Of a stretch of 64,000 bases of DNA, positions 20,265 to 29,169 are shown piece by piece. The translations under genes were made by a program, and so were the position numbers. Source of the stretch: Carpediemonas membranifera BICM (Eukaryota > Protista > Fornicata); NCBI GenBank assembly GCA_019828565.1, contig JAHDYR010000047.1, positions 1 through 64,000 on the forward strand, in the 5' to 3' direction. Below the pieces are notes generated by a model that ran no database searches, was not told where the DNA came from, and worked only from the letters and a program-made list of their open reading frames with translations. Each line of letters begins with the position of its first letter. Position 1 is the first letter of the stretch.

Positions 20265-21101
20265 TTATTCAGAGCTAGATTCCTCGTCTTCCGTCTCCTC
20301 CGTGTCCGTCAGCTCGACCAACCAAGTCGGGTCAGCGTGGCGCTCAAGGGCGTTCTCAGCCAAGTACTCTCGCACACACCGGACAAGGCAGAGATCAGCG
20401 TTGAGGGACACGATGCTGAGTCCCGAGTATCCGTCATACTGCAGGATCAACACAAAAGACCCGGGACCACAAGTCGTCTTCAGATACTCGTGACGGACTA
20501 CGCACGTGACAGTGTAGTAGCGGTCCGGATCAGAGACCTGAAGCGGCTCCCAGTGAGCCTCATCGCCAATGGCGGGCAGGTAGCCGTCGTGGCACAAGCG
20601 GCTGACCAGGGTTGCCCAGAAGTCGTTGGGAGCCGGGATGCGCCGGCTGATGCCGTAGACAGCGACACGGAAGTAGTCCGGTGCGAGGACGAGGACCAAC
20701 AGGCGGTTAAGATATCCGCGCGCTGTAGTGTCCGACTTGACCCCGCCGGCAGTCCGCACAGCCGCCACGAGAGCTGCAGAGTAGTGACCATTACCGGGTG
20801 AAGACCCACCCAGCGTGATGTCGCGGCCCCGGATCGCGGCCGACACGATGTCGCCATCGGTCAAGCGCTTCTTGCCGAGCTTGAGGTGGGCCCTCACACC
20901 GGCAAGCGCGACCTGGCAGTGAGCCACGAGAGCCAAGACCTGCTGGGTCAGCTTCACGTCCTGCACTACGGCTGCGTCGTTCAGACGACCTTGCTCAATA
21001 GCGTCAAAGATTCGCTGGAGCGGCAGCTCGATGGAGTTGGTGTAACCTTCCAGGCGTCGGGCAACCTCGGCCTTGATGTCGTGGGGCATCAGAGTCGTCA
21101 T
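20265..21101 (-). CDS. Antisense cargo ORF inside EB; unknown N-terminus, chromo-like C-terminus, acidic tail
   Basis: Uninterrupted ~278-aa ORF between pol and the 3' LTR; YYTVTCVVRH..LILQYDGY..VREYL. Confidence 0.65.
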   Translation of the reverse strand: MTTLMPHDIKAEVARRLEGYTNSIELPLQRIFDAIEQGRLNDAAVVQDVKLTQQVLALVAHCQVALAGVRAHLKLGKKRLTDGDIVSAAIRGRDITLGGSSPGNGHYSAALVAAVRTAGGVKSDTTARGYLNRLLVLVLAPDYFRVAVYGISRRIPAPNDFWATLVSRLCHDGYLPAIGDEAHWEPLQVSDPDRYYTVTCVVRHEYLKTTCGPGSFVLILQYDGYSGLSIVSLNADLCLVRCVREYLAENALERHADPTWLVELTDTEETEDEESSSE

Positions 21102-21965
21102 CGTCAGGGTGCGAGTGATGCGTTCTGAGGCTTGCACGCGGTGACTATATAACCTCACGGTTGATGTTTGTTACTTACAGATTGTCGGTGACCATGCGCT
21201 TGCGTCCACGATACTTCTGAGCGCGAAGGGAACGACAAACGGACGTATGGGCAACAATAAGTGGCCTAGCCAGATCGTCATCACCAAGTTCGGTGATTTT
21301 TGGCACGAATTTCCTTCAGAACGGCCTCTACGGCTGTGTTGTCCGACATCAAATGAGTTGACGGCGACATATCCTGCACATTTCTCGGAAACGGTCGAAG
21401 GAACAACTAACAAGGTCATCTTAGTCTTCAAGCATGCATTTATTGTCGGTAATAAGGCATTAGGAGCTTCCTAGTGCTCCTTCCGGTCAGTTTGATGTTG
21501 TTATTCAAGTACAGTTGGACGCAGAAAATTAGAAGCCTCAGAACTCCTCAACGGAGCCGAATTGGAGCTTCTAAGTACGTTTTTCGGCGTCTGTGTGATT
21601 ATGAGCGATAAGGGCTCAGCATTGGCAGTGTTTGCTAGAGCAATCGTTCTTGGCCTTCGAATTACATGGAATGGCATATAACACGTATAAGGTTTGTGAA
21701 GACGGCCTAGGAAGGCCGTGGAGGGGCAGTGGTAAGCCTCTCCGTCACGTTTCACCATTTTTGAAACAGAGCTCACATAGCGGTACCGCAGTTAGATCAT
21801 GATACCATCATTTTGATTTCGTTCAGCTAGATGCGAAAGCACTCAGGCCATGGGGTTGCCAGCCCTATGAGTCACCGTTGGCGGTCGGGTGGCACCGTCC
21901 AGGCCTTTGGTGAAATGCTGACGTCAAGTCTCTCTGTCATGCCTATACCAGGCATGGAGGGGCAG

Positions 21966-22087
21966 TGTTGTGGGTCCTACCCAAAGTTACACAGATTTAC
22001 GTTATATTTAATAGTCAAGGAGTTTCTCCTCGACACCCTTGTGTCGAGTCTTCTCCTCAGTAAAAGTTCAACACCCATTGAACCACA
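21966..22087 (+). repeat. 3' LTR of EB (122 bp)
   Basis: Identical to 16140-16261. Confidence 0.95.
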
Positions 22088-24543
22088 CCTTGTCCGTCTC
22101 CATGCATAGAATCCCTCCCAGACCGATGTCCGACGCGTCTGTTCTGACTATCAACGGCTTCTTATAGTCGATGTGTGTCAGCTTCAGGTGGTCCGCGATC
22201 GCTCTCTTCACATCGCTGAACGCGGCTTGCCTCTCGTCTGTCCAGGCCGTCTGTCGGTCCTTGAGTGCGTCATTCAGTGGGGCCAAATGCATCGCTAGGT
22301 CGGGGGTGAACCCCCTGAACCAGTTCGCCAAGCCAATAAACCTCCGCAGCTGCTTCTGGGTGGTCGGCCGCTCGAACTCTTGCACTGCCCGAACCTTGTC
22401 GTCACTGATCCTGACACCGTCCTGGTCGACAATGTGTCCGAGGAACTCCACGCTCGACTGGGCAAACCTGCACTTCTCCAGGTTCGCGCGCAGCCCGTGC
22501 TTCTTGAGTCGGTCAAGCACAGTCCTGATTCGATCTCTCATCTCTTCCCGTGAGTTCGCCATTATCAGGATGTCGTCAATATATACCAACACACCGGGAA
22601 TTCCCTTGAGTACGTCGTCCATCGCCGTCTGAAAGAACGCAGGAGCATTCTTCAACCCGAACGGCAGTCTCTCGAACTCGAACAGGCCGAACGGCGTGAT
22701 GAACGCCGTCTTCGCGCGGTCTTGCTCCCCGAACTGCGAACTGATTATATCCCGATGTGAGGTCCAGTGTCGAGAACAGCTTTGCCCCCGCCAATTGGGC
22801 TAGTAGTCTCTTCACGTCCTTCACGGGCGCGGCCAGGGTCTTCGTTGCCGCATTCAGCCGGCGGTAGTCGACGCATAGTCGCCACGTGCCATTCTTCTTC
22901 TTAACCAATACGATAGGTGACGCGTAGCCGGACGTCGACCTCCGCACTATACCCTGCCTGAGCCACTCTTCCACCTGCTTCTGCGCCACCTCTTCCATCA
23001 CGGGAGATAGCTGTCTCGCGGGTTCTCGAATCTCTTGTTCCGTCATTAGGTCGATCGGGTAAGGCGGCGCCTTTGCCGGCTCTGGCCCTAGCGGCCCGAA
23101 CACCTCGCCGAACTCAGTCAGCATTGAGCTAAGCTGAGGGTCCTTCTCGGCCAGACTGTGCCGGAGTTCCGCATGTGCCTGCTGCACCCGGAACATCTCC
23201 TCCACTAGCTCGGCCTCTACTTCGCCCTCGTCCGCGTCGTCCGTGTCCTCTGCTAACAGGCCCAAGTCCTTGACCGTTTGGAACGGAATCAGCGTGTCTG
23301 TCACTCCGGCACACCCATACACGGTCACCCGTGCCTGCACATACGTGCCGAGCCCTCGGGCCTTCGATCGCCCGATCCATACCTCGCACGCATTGTCTGG
23401 TCTTCGTCCGTCTCCTGTGAAAGTCTGGATCACCAGGTCGTCCGGAGGGGTGACCTCTCGTGCCCCTGCGTGCACCCGTGCGGCGACCCAGGCTGGGCTC
23501 GCCACAGCAACGTTCGCCCGCGTGTCGGGGCCGACGCGCATCCGCACCGCCGGCTTCTTCGGATTCACGCGAACATCCATAACCAACTCCCACGTGTGTG
23601 CGTACTTCTCAGCCTTTACAGACTGCACCTTCCACCGCGGGTGACCTTCGGGGATAGGGCCCCGGGTCAGTCGGCCGTACTGCTTCTTGTCCTTGTCGTA
23701 CTCCCGGTACCAGCCGTGGAGCAGCTCCGCATCCTTAGCCTGGCAGCGGCCAACCTTGTGACCCACTCCGCCACAAGCATAACACTTGAACCTGGCCTCC
23801 CGTACACTCGCGCCTTGAGACGATGTCTGAGCCTCCTTCCGCTCAACCGGCTCATCTTGCCGGGTCTTGGCCTTCTTTCCCGGTCGGGTGACCAGGCCAG
23901 TGCGAAGCGCCTTCGCGATGCACTCATCGTAGTCCTCGGCGAGTTCCGCTGCCCGGGCCTGAACCTTCTCGAGGGTATCGTCGCTGACACCCTCCCTCTT
24001 CAGGTCCTCTGCGAGTGCTGTGTTCTGGATCAGCTTGCGGTACGTGCGGATAGTCTCCTTCGGCTTGGGCGTCGCCGACTCGGTCACGTACTCGAGGAAC
24101 TGATTCACACGAGCGTTGACCAGCGAGACGCGTTCCTTAAGAGAGTCTCCCTTGTACGAGACCTCCACCTGCGCCATCTTGGTAAGCGTGTCCGCCGCGT
24201 CCACGGGCGACACGATGTTGGTCAGAGCGGTACGTAACTGGTCCTCCGTATCGACCGGGCCGCTCCTTCCCTTCAGCTCTGCCTCAACAGGCGCCACGAG
24301 TTGGGTCATCTTCCTGGTCCCACCAGCAGACTTGTACTCTGTGAAACGCTTGAGGAACCACCGCACACTGGCCTCCTTGAGGTCCCGCAGTGTTGGCGCC
24401 TCTTGGACGCTGGCCTCGAGCTGCACGTTACCACTTTTGGCTTCAAGAGCCGCAGTGAGCTTCTCGATCATCTGCGCCTGTCGTTCCGATAGGGCCATGA
24501 GCTTCTCTAGGGTTCCGCTTGATTCATTGTTGTTGTTAGCCAT
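22088..24543 (-). CDS. EA gag, protease, RT and RNase H N-terminus (frameshift near 22730)
   Basis: CYACGGVGHKVGRC; protease motif reads DTRA (not DTGA); LCVDYRRLN, YIDD, TDAS. Confidence 0.9.
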
Positions 24544-24550
24544 TGATCAA

Positions 24551-24631
24551 TGTAGCTCTTCTAGGATCCTCAATGAACGAATGAACTGCTTTAACCTGCG
24601 GGGCAGACCCAACTATAAATATCACATTACA
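24551..24631 (-). repeat. 5' LTR of EA (81 bp)
   Basis: Identical to 14282-14362; gag ATG is 7 nt downstream. Confidence 0.95.
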
Positions 24632-24720
24632 AACGAAACACCTTAACCTTGGCACGGGCACGGTCGGCCCCACCACACCGTGGACGTTCGATTCCATACA
24701 GGAAAAATCCGATTTAAAAG

Positions 24721-25218
24721 CTAGTGCTCCTCAAAAATCAATAAACTAAGTTGCCCATCCAGTGAGCTTCCCTCTAATGCGGTCAGCATCGCCCGGTACC
24801 TATACACACTGGGCCGGGGCTCGACCGGCTTGTACCGGCGGGGCGGCTCTGAAACATAAACTTTGGCGGGTTTGCTGTAACGGGGGGCGGGGTCGACTGG
24901 TCTGGCCGTCGGCTGTAGACCCCCGTCACTCATACGACTCCTATTCGAGTACAGCGACTGTGTCTCCGCCCCGGATGACCCCGTCGACTCTGATATGGTC
25001 GGTAGGGGGCCGAGTTTGGGCACCAGCATAGGTATGGCGGCACGGGGTGCGTTGAGCGCCGCTCGGGCGTGTACCTGGGCAGGCTGGGGTGCGACACTCG
25101 GCTCAAAAAGGCGGGGATCATCACAGTTGGCCTCGGGCAGGTCAACGACATAGTTGAGCCCCTTCTTCTTGAACCGGATAGTGCCCAGCATAGTCCTGTT
25201 CTGTGTGGGGCTGGACAC
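24721..25218 (-). CDS. Hypothetical proline-rich protein
   Basis: 165-aa ORF filling the intergenic space; no motif recognised. Confidence 0.4.
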   Translation of the reverse strand: MSSPTQNRTMLGTIRFKKKGLNYVVDLPEANCDDPRLFEPSVAPQPAQVHARAALNAPRAAIPMLVPKLGPLPTISESTGSSGAETQSLYSNRSRMSDGGLQPTARPVDPAPRYSKPAKVYVSEPPRRYKPVEPRPSVYRYRAMLTALEGSSLDGQLSLLIFEEH

Positions 25219-25266
25219 AAGCTCAGGCAGTGCACAACGACTGGTGTCTTAAACTGCACCATTAAG

Positions 25267-25698
25267 ATGACGAATCCACAAGCACTCATGGACGCGGAGG
25301 ATTGTATGCAGATTTTACCTGCAGAGATTGAATACTACGTTGAGTCCAAGCAGGAGTCCATTGCTCTGATGGAGACGGTCATAGCACAGCTAAAGGACCG
25401 GATATCCCTACAGGAGCAAGAAATTGAAGGCCTGGCCAAGGAGCGTGCTAATTTAGTGGATGAGAAAGCTCATATTGACAAGGAAATGAAAGCATTCATC
25501 CACAGCCAATCTCGCGAGGCCCACAGGAAGTATGAGGCTGAGATCAACCACATTGAAGCCGAATACGCAGCAACAGTATCGAGCAACAAGCTGCTCAGCT
25601 CGCGGAACATGACCAAGGTCGCCGACAAGGCCTCCCGTATCCAGCAGACGACGGAGCGGGCCCGTCTGGTCGCGCAGGCCGTTGGGTGTGAGGCGTGA
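25267..25698 (+). CDS. Hypothetical coiled-coil protein
   Basis: Heptad-rich E/K/Q/L sequence from ATG 25267. Confidence 0.6.
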   Translation: MTNPQALMDAEDCMQILPAEIEYYVESKQESIALMETVIAQLKDRISLQEQEIEGLAKERANLVDEKAHIDKEMKAFIHSQSREAHRKYEAEINHIEAEYAATVSSNKLLSSRNMTKVADKASRIQQTTERARLVAQAVGCEA

Positions 25699-25774
25699 GT
25701 GCCGAGTCAGCTGTACTATGATATGATTACTATATGATGACTGAAGCGCTCGTGCTTATGACCATTTATTAAAA

Positions 25775-27184
25775 TTACCCCCGAATCCTGACTCTCTTTT
25801 TTGGAGCCCTCTTCTCTGACCGACGCAAGACACCACCTGCGGTCTCATCAGGAAGCTGTAGCCTCTTGAACACGCCGTCGGCCCCGTTGGTCAGCCGCTG
25901 CACAGAGAATGGTCTCGCTCGTATCGCCTCGACGGCTGACTCAACAAGTGAGGCGGCTTGGTCGGAGGGTTCTTGGAAATGCTCGGTCGACGGAAGAACG
26001 GTCTCTGCAGTCGCGATTCCAAACAGGACAAGAGAGCCGTCGTTTTCGCTCGGGAGGAGTATCCCATGCTGGGGTGTGACCGAGATCGTCGGGGGAACAC
26101 CAGGGCGACTGACTCCGGTAAATGCAACAGGGTCAACCCCGAGAAGAGTGGGTAGTGTTGAGTGAAATGAAACAATCAAAGCCTGCTCTCGCTGGGCAAG
26201 AGACCTGGCCAATGCTGCGATTGAATTGGTCGCCTCAACTTCAGCAGGCGGAGGTCCAACGAGCAACGGGCTGTGAGGCATGCCACTGAGCATACCGAGG
26301 GGCACAGTGCCCATGGGTACCCGCTCCTGCACGTCAAGGGTCACACAGCTCGTCTCGGGCACGGTAAAAGTGCGGGTTGACTCAACACCCGCCCGGCCGA
26401 CCCTGAAACCCGGGGCGCACTCCCTCAGAAGCTGCAGAGACTCGGGGCAGCACGGTCCGCGAGTCTGTGGGAACACTGGGTGGCCGTGGCAGGGGCAGAC
26501 GTCGGCAGGGATGACTGGGGCGAAGGGGGTGACTGTACGGATAAGGGTGCATGGGATTGAGGTCGACCCCAGAGTGATGGCCGCCTGTAGGGCGGGGGGC
26601 GGGCATAGAGTCAGTTTGACGACGCGGGAGACGTCCACTGGGTTTCTGGGGTGGAGTCTAATTTCGATGTTCAGGGCGTCAGCCACAGCGGTGCGCAGGC
26701 CGCTCAGGTTGGGTGGGGAGCTTGGCGGGGAGAATATGTGGACGAATAGGGATGAGCCGGCCTCTTCGACGGCGGCCAGGGCGCGGAGTGCTTGGGGGGA
26801 ACATGCAGGGGCGTTCAGCGTGAAGAGGTGGACCTCAGTCATCTGGTGCTGACGCATGAGGGCTGATAGGGAGCCTGCCACCTCGTCAATGGAGACAGGT
26901 GCGGTTGAGTTTGGCTCGTCCACCATCTTGGCAAGACCAGTGAGGAAGAAGGAAAGGTTGAACGGCGTAAAGTCAATAACAGGTGTGATATGCGGCGTTG
27001 CGATGCCAACGGAGACGTTCAGAGGATATGAAAGGCTGCAGATCGAATACAGAGAGCGATAGACGGCGTTTCGGAACATACTGAACCACGCGGATCTAAG
27101 ATCAGCATCATCGGCGTAGTACGTGTCTAGGATAAGAACTACGTTACGTGCGCTCATATTGGACATATTATAGCTCAGTTTCAA
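25775..27184 (-). CDS. Meiosis 1 arrest protein (M1AP)-like, vWA-like N-terminus
   Basis: VVLILD N-terminus, CPCHG, N..AALARSL, ILLPS..SLVL.GIAT.E.VLP resemble M1AP from memory. Confidence 0.55.
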   Translation of the reverse strand: MKLSYNMSNMSARNVVLILDTYYADDADLRSAWFSMFRNAVYRSLYSICSLSYPLNVSVGIATPHITPVIDFTPFNLSFFLTGLAKMVDEPNSTAPVSIDEVAGSLSALMRQHQMTEVHLFTLNAPACSPQALRALAAVEEAGSSLFVHIFSPPSSPPNLSGLRTAVADALNIEIRLHPRNPVDVSRVVKLTLCPPPALQAAITLGSTSIPCTLIRTVTPFAPVIPADVCPCHGHPVFPQTRGPCCPESLQLLRECAPGFRVGRAGVESTRTFTVPETSCVTLDVQERVPMGTVPLGMLSGMPHSPLLVGPPPAEVEATNSIAALARSLAQREQALIVSFHSTLPTLLGVDPVAFTGVSRPGVPPTISVTPQHGILLPSENDGSLVLFGIATAETVLPSTEHFQEPSDQAASLVESAVEAIRARPFSVQRLTNGADGVFKRLQLPDETAGGVLRRSEKRAPKKRVRIRG

Positions 27185-27448
27185 GCGTCCTTCACCCCCT
27201 CATTTGCCGGACATCGAATTACGGTTGCCCTCTCATGTATAACGTAAATCGGAGATCTCTAAGACCCTCGTTCGCCCAGGACACTAGCTCTCGTAGCCTT
27301 ACCTGGGTGCTGCTGGACGGATCAGAGCAGTCAGAATGACTGAACGAAACCACCCCATCACCACCAAGAACTCCCCACTCCTCCACTATTCGAGAAGCAG
27401 CATTCTTAACCGCATATTTACGATGCCAGGTACACCCCGGCGTCTATC

Positions 27449-28969
27449 TTATCTGGAACCAGCGTAGCTCTCGCGATACTTGCGGAGCTGGGGCCTGCCG
27501 CCGTAACCTCTGTTGTTACCACCGTAACCTCTGTTGCCGCCGTATCTGTTGCCATAGCCGCCTCTGCCACCGCCCCTGCCGTACGAGGGTCTGTTGGCTT
27601 CTTTCTCGGCAAAGTCCGAATGGAAAGGGTGGTCAACGTTGGCGTCAATCTTCTTACGGATATACTTCTCAACCTGACGAAGGGAATCGCCGTCGTCTGC
27701 AGAAACGAAGGAGAAGGCGTCGCCCTCCTTGCCTGCTCTGGCGGTACGGCCGATACGGTGTACGTAGCTCTCGGCGTCACCGGCCTGAGGGAGGTCGTAG
27801 TTGATGACGAGGCCGACGTTGTTGATGTCGAGGCCTCTGGCTGCTACATCCGTGGCCACTAGCACGCGGACTCGATTAGCCTTGAACATGCGGATAGCCT
27901 GGTCGCGCTGGGCTTGGCTCTTGTCTCCGTGGATCGAGACGGCGGGGAAGTCGCGGTCGACGAGCTCAGAGACGCGCTCGGCCCCAGCCTTGGTCTTGCA
28001 GAAGACGATGACCTTGTCCTCTGTGGATTCCTTAAGAACATGCAAGAGGAGGTCGTTGCGACGGTTCTTCTCGACGTACATCAGTTTCTGGTTGATGCGG
28101 TCGACAGTGGGCTTCTCGGGCTCGATTGTGACACGAACAGGATCAGTGACAAAGCGGTTGGCGAGGTTGAGAATGTTGCCAGAGAGCGTGGCAGAGAAGA
28201 AAAGGTTCCAGCGCTCCTGGGGGAGGAGCTTGGTGATGCGCTCGATGTCAGGGATGAAGCCCATATCGAGCATGCGGTCAGCCTCGTCGAGGACGAAGGC
28301 GTCCACGTTATCGAGGGTGAAACGTTCCTCATCAAGGAGGTCGATGAGACGGCCGGGGGTGGCCACGCAGACGTCCACACCCTGGCGGAAGGCGGAGGTC
28401 TGGGGGCCCTTGCTCACACCACCGTAGACGCAGACGTGCCAGATGCCGCAGTACTTGCCGTACTTCTCAATCTGGTCGCCGATCTGGGTGCACAGCTCGC
28501 GTGTGGGGGCCAGGATCAGGACGCGAGGGCGGTAGCGCTCCACAGGGCGTCTGTTGGAGACGAGGTGATGCAGAATAGGAAGGGTGAACGCGGCAGTTTT
28601 GCCTGTTCCAGTTTGGGCTGAGCCGAAGAAATCCTTCCTCTCAAGGAGAGGAGGGATGGACTGGGCTTGGATAGGAGTGGGGGTCTCGTAGCCAGCCTCG
28701 AAGATGGCCTGCTGAATCTCGGGGGCAAGCTTGGCAAACTCGTTGCCTGATTCAGCGAACTTGGCCTCACACACAACCTGCGGGGCCTCGATGCGTTCTT
28801 CGTAATGATCGCGGTGATTGTTGCCCCGGAAGTTGCCTCTATCGCGGCCATAAGAACGCCGGTCATTCCCGCCCCGGCCTCCGCGGTTATCGCGATAGTT
28901 GTTGTTCCTGCGGTAATCGTTACCACGATAGCCTTGATCTCTCGGTCTATGGTCCTCGTACTCTCTCAT
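27449..28969 (-). CDS. DEAD-box RNA helicase, RhlE-like, with RG-rich termini
   Basis: AQTGTGKT, PTREL, TPGRL, DEAD, SAT, ARGLD, HRIGRTARAG, C-terminal HPF. Confidence 0.92.
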   Translation of the reverse strand: MREYEDHRPRDQGYRGNDYRRNNNYRDNRGGRGGNDRRSYGRDRGNFRGNNHRDHYEERIEAPQVVCEAKFAESGNEFAKLAPEIQQAIFEAGYETPTPIQAQSIPPLLERKDFFGSAQTGTGKTAAFTLPILHHLVSNRRPVERYRPRVLILAPTRELCTQIGDQIEKYGKYCGIWHVCVYGGVSKGPQTSAFRQGVDVCVATPGRLIDLLDEERFTLDNVDAFVLDEADRMLDMGFIPDIERITKLLPQERWNLFFSATLSGNILNLANRFVTDPVRVTIEPEKPTVDRINQKLMYVEKNRRNDLLLHVLKESTEDKVIVFCKTKAGAERVSELVDRDFPAVSIHGDKSQAQRDQAIRMFKANRVRVLVATDVAARGLDINNVGLVINYDLPQAGDAESYVHRIGRTARAGKEGDAFSFVSADDGDSLRQVEKYIRKKIDANVDHPFHSDFAEKEANRPSYGRGGGRGGYGNRYGGNRGYGGNNRGYGGRPQLRKYRESYAGSR

Positions 28970-29169
28970 ATCGCTAGGAAACAAAACGTCGACTCACACT
29001 ACCAACCTGCAAGAAAAAAAAACGAGTGTGAAAAACCGCAGTATACGATGACCGGTCAGGACGAAAGGACGTGACTGTCCAGCAGGACTCCATACTTTCG
29101 TAAAAATCATAATTTCCTTAAACTGCTCGAAAAGCGCTTTGGATTGAAGGTTGAGAACAGCAGCAGTGT

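Larger units (their letters stand above)
16140..22087 (+). mobile_element. Ty3/gypsy chromovirus-like element EB (5948 bp), nested antisense in EA and carrying extra cargo
   Basis: Identical 122-bp LTRs (16140-16261, 21966-22087); TSD CCTT; PPT ggaggggcag. Confidence 0.95.
14282..24631 (-). mobile_element. Ty3/gypsy chromovirus-like element EA (~4.4 kb once nested EB is removed)
   Basis: Identical 81-bp LTRs (14282-14362, 24551-24631); TSD AACG; PPT gggaaggcgg; RNase H rejoins across EB (METDK|GEEPVAVYSRAF). Confidence 0.95.

Noticed and set aside
24645-24702. A/B-box-like sequence (GTTCGATTCC) beside EA
   Set aside because: Cannot be folded into a cloverleaf.
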